This document shows, piece by piece, positions 58,201 to 64,000 of a stretch of 64,000 nt of DNA; position 1 is the stretch's first letter, and each line of letters opens with the position of its first letter. The DNA is from Spizellomyces punctatus DAOM BR117. Its lineage: Eukaryota. The stretch lies in NCBI GenBank assembly GCA_000182565.2, contig KQ257451.1. One strand, 5' to 3'. The notes beneath the pieces were generated by a model. That model had not been told where the DNA came from. It saw nothing but the letters and a program-made list of their open reading frames with translations, and made no database searches. A program made the position numbers and the translations under genes.

Positions 58201-60962
58201 GCCGTCTGTTTGTGCAACTTCCAATGTCTTCTCCTCGAAGGAAACGTCTGAATCTAATAGATTTAATGATGGACTGATGCTACCTTCTGCCATGGGCTGA
58301 TCGTAGAGATCCTTGGGCTTTGCTTCGTCCGTAGTTGATTCAGCCGCCGTTGATGAGCAGTAATCTGGTTGTCCATACTCTGTAACGTCCACCATTGGCG
58401 ATGTGATCAATTTCTCCTTCGTCGGAACATCTTCACCTAATGCCACATCATCCGGTATCCCTCGAGTGGAAGCATCAACCATGCCATCCCCAAGGGGCTC
58501 AGATCGAACGGCATGATTCATTCCTATCGTTCCCTCAGCTTGTTCGTCTACCGATCGTTCGCCGTCAATAAGTGGTGCGTCATCTGTAGCTGTCTCTCCT
58601 CCAAGACTTTCCAAATTCTCACTGTAAGGTACAGGCTTCTCTCTTACAAGCGGCAATACAGATTCATCATCCACCGGCGCTTTCTCATATCGATTTTCCA
58701 CGTGCACTAACACGTTGTCATTAGCTGCAATCATCGGTATTGCCAAGTTGTCGATGACCGGTAGATTTTCTTCTGCTTCGACGAGTGCAGGAATTCCATG
58801 ATCCACTGTCGCATCAGCTTCTTTTTCTACAATTTCTTCACTGTCGTCAAGCGGTACGTCGTCGCCGTCTATTGCTGTCGCGCCTTCAGGTTCTGTAATT
58901 TCTGCTTCATATGATGTTGGATCCCCATGATGCACTGCTGGTTTAGATTCATCATCCACCGGCGCTTTCTTATATTGATCTTCCACGTGCACTAACACGT
59001 TGTCATTAGCTGTAATCATCGGTATTGCCAAGTTGTCCATGGCCGTTAGATTTTCTTCTGCTTCTATCAGTGCAGGGATTCCATGATCCACTGTCGCATC
59101 AGCTTCTTTTTCTACAATTTCTTCACTGTCGTCAAGCGGTACGTCGTCGCCGTCTATTGCTGTCGCGCCTTCAGGTTCTGTAATTTCTGCTTCATATGAT
59201 GTTGGATCCCCGGAATGCACCGCTGGCTCAGATTCCATATCTGCGTATACTTCAGTTTTGCCAAGTTGTAGATTTTCGTCGTCTGGATTTGTGTCCCTTT
59301 CTGCTCTGTCCAAATTGTCGGCTGCATACGGGATGTTTTCTACTGGCAATTCGGCCTTTTCCTCGTCATCGACAGCTGCGTGGTCATTCAAATTGTCTGC
59401 GCTTAAACTTGCATCATGCCTCATATCTGTGTCTTCGGCTGGCTTTGCGTCCTTCTTCGTAGTAACGGGGCCAATATCTTCATCAGATTCAGTATCTGGA
59501 GCCGCAACAGTACTAACTAGCGTTGCACGAGGCGATCCCATCTCATTTTGGACCGTCTTAACCAATTCCTCTGTCTGGTTCGGCGTTTCGCTTACGACAA
59601 TCTCTTCAGCAGGCTTACCGTGGATGGTACCTGTCTCTATGTTTTGTGGAACGTTCGATGCATTCAATATTGCAGACGAGTCAGTTTCTTCTGCCCCACT
59701 GTTGTTCGAAGCCTCCACCACATCCGACGTGAAATCCAGGGATTCCACAGCTTTTGTCTGAAGGATTGGCTCACTGGATGGTCCACCGGCCTGTTTTGGC
59801 CATAATCCCCTGAGCAGAGGCACCACATACCGATTTCGAGCGGCTGATATGCGCTCTTCCAGTGCCTATGGAAATAAAAGTGAGCAATGAGATGGGAACG
59901 CCACGTTGTCACGGATCCAGGGATCACCTTAGCGCGGCTAACGAGAGCTTCAAGGTTACGCATTGTCTCTGCTGGCACCGGATCCGGCCTTTTGGGCGAA
60001 CTTGCCGGGACTGGTGACGAGGGCGTCATGGGGCGCCTTATCTGCGTGCTTTGCAAATCGGGGGTGCCTAATGGTACCGACGCGGCTTCGGTGTTATCCC
60101 TCTGCCGGAGTTCACCAGGAGGAGTAGCTACTCCTGCACGCTCTTTCAAAATGGAGAGCTCCATAGAAGTGTCTTGAAAGAAGGGACATTAGCATGGCAA
60201 TTGGGAAAGTTCATGTACACAGGACAATACCTCGAAGCTCGTCCCGAAGTCGCTGATTTTCCTCTTCCAGTTGCGCTTTTCCATCAAGCTCGTGCTCCAG
60301 TAAAGTCGTACGCTCCATCAATTGATTATACTTTGATTGAAAATCATCTGCTGAAGCGGACGTAACCCTATGCCAAAAGATTTCTATCAACATATGTGTC
60401 TTTGGATTTCCGACCAGCGACAGCACCGTACCTGAAGGACTGCTCTATATCAGAGTTTTGAATCTCCAAATTCCTGATGCGCTCACGATAGTCAGCATCC
60501 GTTTTCCGCAGTTGTTCCAACTCCTGTTGCAAGGCATTGATGTTTGCATTTGACTGTGCTTGAAGAGATGCGTATTTGCTCTACCATTAAATGCTGGTAT
60601 CAGCAATGGTGACCACGAGGCCTACTCCAACTGGACTAGGAACGGTGTATGTGGCATCACACACCAACGCGATGCGATACTGACCTTGAGATCCTCGTAA
60701 TCCTTCCTCAATTTGGCATTTCCGTTCCGCAACTCTTCAATTTCCCGCTCCAGTTCCGCCTCGAGATCTTTCGAGTCCTGCTGGAACTCATCAAACATTC
60801 GCTTTGAGTCCTCCAGCTCCTCCTTGGTGGCCTGCAATTCTTCCCTCAGTTGAGTTATTTGGTTTTCCGTCGAGTCCAAACTGAGCAAAAAGAGTTAATC
60901 AAATCATTGCGGCAGCGAGCTCACAGATAATTTGGTGCATACTCTTCTGAGGCTGAAGTCAT
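55285..60962 (-). CDS. nudE: NudE/NDEL1 dynein regulator with a giant acidic C-terminal extension
   Basis: FDEFQQDSKDLEAELEREI, RIRNLEIQNSDIEQSFR, ERTTLLEHELDGKAQLEEENQRLRDELRD and LVSRAK-ALEERISAAR; the frame continues into the 1513-codon ORF. Confidence 0.8.
56145..56730 (-). repeat. Coding tandem repeat, 90-nt (30-aa) unit with shortened variants, about 7 copies
   Basis: EDEVDLPTSEAEVLAENQVAEPLDSEP recurs; gagatcgacctcat and agaacttctgc repeat at 90-nt spacing. Confidence 0.9.
58661..59226 (-). repeat. Coding tandem duplication, 285-nt (95-aa) unit x2
   Basis: gattcatcatccaccggcgctttct occurs at 58661 and 58946; the peptide GDPTSYEAEITEPEGATAIDGDDVPLDDSEEIVEKEADATVDHGIPAL appears twice. 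Confidence 0.95.
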
Positions 60963-61257
60963 GATGGTGTCTAAATGTACAAATGCGTGTTGTTATGATA
61001 AAAAATGGTGTGATGGGTGGGTGAACTACAATGTGCGTAAACGTGCGTCAAGCGTGGAAATGTGCGTTAACGGATGCCAGCTGACAATGAGTGGGAGGAA
61101 AGCAGTCAGTCAGACTGCTCACCGTTGTCCCCTTTGATGTGTCGATGGTGGTTGCTACCCGCGAGAGTCGGATGGGCGCCGCGCGCTGACATACGTTTGA
61201 AACTTTTGAGATCCCGCTAGCATTCGGTCGCACCAACAGCAATTGAATTGAATCCAC

Positions 61258-61575
61258 ATGGCTGCTGACTTAAGCAAACTCCACGTGAATGCTTTAGGTA
61301 ATCCCCAGGAATCCGAGGTTCATCCAACGCTGCGAGACATACCCAATGATTCCATGGATTTTGATAACTCGAATTCAGGAAATTCATTTACTAGTGGATT
61401 GATTCAGTTATCAACAGAGATGCATGCTCCATTTCAACAAGTGTGCCCAAGTTCATTTGGCAACAGCTTTAGATCAAAAACCATGGTTAACTCATCCCAT
61501 GAAGCAAGAGCTTTTTGCGTACACAATATACAACAGGGTCAGGTCCTCCATACTGCCAAAACCGTATCGCTGTGA
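61258..61575 (+). CDS. Possible small hypothetical protein
   Basis: 105-aa ATG ORF divergent from nudE; no recognisable motif. Confidence 0.2.
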   Translation: MAADLSKLHVNALGNPQESEVHPTLRDIPNDSMDFDNSNSGNSFTSGLIQLSTEMHAPFQQVCPSSFGNSFRSKTMVNSSHEARAFCVHNIQQGQVLHTAKTVSL

Positions 61576-61950
61576 TGTTATGCAGAAACGACCAATATAA
61601 ATGCAATTGTACCAACCTTGGTCATAGGTCGAGGTAAAACTTTGGACCGTCGCTCATCGAACCCTAGTGCATAGTGCAGTGCAACGATATGAGCACGCCC
61701 AGTCCAAAAATCCAACAGAAACATCACCGGGTCGGCAACACAGCACAAGCCCACTCCTCTCGAAAGTCAACCTAAGACAGAGCCTCAAGAGAAGAAAGAA
61801 AAAACAATGCGTATATATATGCAACATTCAAACAAAGTCGGACTCGATATGGACCTAAAGTTTCCAGCAAATTACACCTATTGAACAAGGAGGTGAGGCA
61901 TTTGGTTTAGACATCTTGACCGCAGCAACAACCGGTGAATGGGACTTCTT

Positions 61951-63970
61951 CTACTCAAAGGCCGCTTCCGGAAAGCGCGCGTTATAAGTAACGTCTGGGA
62001 CATAGGCAGCCTCAATCTGCAGGTGGGAAAGCAGTCAGCCGAAGAAAAAATAAACAAGACATTCAAACAGACACCTACCCGGTTACCGGCGAAGAACCGG
62101 CCGTTTAGAGCATTCACCGCCGCTTCCGCTTCAGGAATGCTGTTGTACTTCATATAGATGCGACCATCCTACAATGCCGGATTGAGCGTTAGAGATCAGC
62201 AATAATGCACGTTGCCAAATATATGGTCACATACCGGACTTTCAGTATCAATTCCTACATGACGGAGTTTGCCGTACTTAGAACATTCAGATTCAACATC
62301 ATCCTTGAGCTCTTTATCCCAGTCAGGTTCCTCTTGTACTTCCTGTAATACGAACATATTCTTCAGCAAAATATTGCGCGTTGGCAGAATGACCGGTTTT
62401 CTGTCAGACAAGGGGTTAAGTGTTTATGCTCTAATGTTAGTAAGACACGCTCAGCATAGTCACGTACGCAGGAAGTGCCGAACCGCCAATAGGGAGTTCG
62501 TCCCTAGCAAGTTTGGCCATAAGGTCAATGCGGGATACATTGTTCATGGAAAGGCCGCCAATTTCCCCGTCATCCAACGAGTAACTAGACACTCCCCCGC
62601 TCAGCTTATCAGTTATATGACCAACTTTGATCTGCAATAAATGTGCTAGGTAAGGGTACCGCATGCAAGAAAACCAAAGAGAAGTGCTTACAGCTCGTCC
62701 CATGATCTCAAACCCATTCATTTTCTCCATGGCCTGTTTTGCATCGGCCGGATTTTTATAATGAACAAAAGCAAATCCTCGCGACCTGCCTGTATCCGGA
62801 TCCTTGTGCAAATTGATATGATCGATGGCTCCGAAAGGTTCGAAAACTGCCTTCAAATCATCCTCAGTCAGATTGAAATGCAGTGAACCGATATACAAGC
62901 GATTCGATTGTAGCTCAGCTTTGCTGCAACAGGGAGGGAAATCAATACGAGCCATCGCGGCATCAAAATGCCGGCATGGGTCGATCAAGACTTACGCGGC
63001 AGCTTCCGCTTCAGCGGCAATCCTGTTCTTCTCGGCTTCTGTACGTTGGACTATAATCGGAATGCCCAGGAGCTTTTGGTTTGTCATCTGTAGAGCCTTC
63101 TCTACAGATTCTTCCTCGTAGAATTCTACATAACCCACCCTATATGCGATAAAGGGTTTAGAGTTTTTCCTTCATCAAACTCAATGATATCCATTAACCC
63201 AGTTCCCTTACCCTTTCGACCGCCGGGAATTACGATCGGCGATAATTCTAGCATCACGGACTTTCCCGGCAGGAGCAAAGAAGTCAAAGAGTTCCCCGGT
63301 TGTAAGCCGTGCAGCCAATTGCATGACAAAGACTGTTCGCTTGTCACGTTCATACTCAGATAACTGCGGTGACGCAGACCTGGTGACAACAGGGCTGAGA
63401 AATTCAACGTATTAGACTTGTATGTGTTGGTTTTCCTTGGACGTATAATTCAAATTTTTTACCTTCTATCCCTTCCAGATCCCCTTCTTGATCGCTCATA
63501 TGAGCTTCTCCTGCGCTTGTGATTGTCCCTCGACCTGCTTCGTGGTCGTTCATGCCTTGTCCGGCGATGCGGGGATTGAGATCTAGAACGGGTACGTCTC
63601 CTACGGTCTCGATCATCCTTATGACGAGGAGATCTCGAGCGAGAACGATCTTTCCTGCTCCGCTTCTTACGGTCTGTCGATCTGGAGCGCGACCGACGTC
63701 GGTCCCTCTCTCGAGACCGTGAGCGGTCTCGGTGCCGCCGCTTTTCCTCCTTCCCACGACTGCTGCGGTTCTCCTCAGCAGGCTTCTCTGGCGACGGTAA
63801 GGGTACAGCAGTGGGTTCAGATTCAGCTCTCTCGGGCTTTTGGGGCGGACCAGCTTGCTATAATCAACGCATTCAGTAACTTTGAAGTCATGTCATGCAC
63901 CTGTGTGAATTTTTACCTCCTTTCGGAAGGGAGCTTCCAGAAGCTGCTCAACATCCAACTCCATGACCAT
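61951..63970 (-). CDS. RBM39: Splicing factor RBM39/CAPER (Rsd1): RS domain, 2 RRMs and UHM
   Basis: [14 protein letters not shown]-rich exon, [44 protein letters not shown] and ALNGRFFAG. Confidence 0.95.
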
Positions 63971-64000
63971 TACCGCAAGTGTTTGTCGTGCAGAAGCTGC

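Overview
Gene-dense eukaryotic DNA with many short GT-AG introns (mostly about 45-100 nt). The gene content points, by inference, to a zoosporic (chytrid-like) fungus: fungal-type housekeeping genes sit beside flagellar genes (CCDC40-like, SPATA17) and animal-type genes absent from yeasts (DHCR7, ZC4H2, CCDC32-like, stathmin-like). About 27 protein-coding genes were reconstructed by hand, including the 3' end of midasin, RACK1, SF3B2, PI31, LAMTOR3, an MME1-like carrier, a MidA-family methyltransferase, a subtilisin, NudE and RBM39. RACK1 introns hold a U24-type C/D snoRNA and a candidate H/ACA snoRNA. The most notable observation is at 7927-10002 (-). What the ORF track shows as unrelated fragments splices in frame into one gene of about 598 aa with the order HNH endonuclease, coiled coil, near-intact cyclophilin. 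This effector-oligomeriser-sensor layout recalls TRIMCyp restriction factors, though the function is speculative. Also notable are a degenerate sphingosine-kinase-like module, a NudE with a ~1500-aa acidic repeat tail, a ZC4H2 without its zinc finger and a recurrent TGACGTGAC promoter motif. All family calls come from motif recognition by eye; no searches were run.
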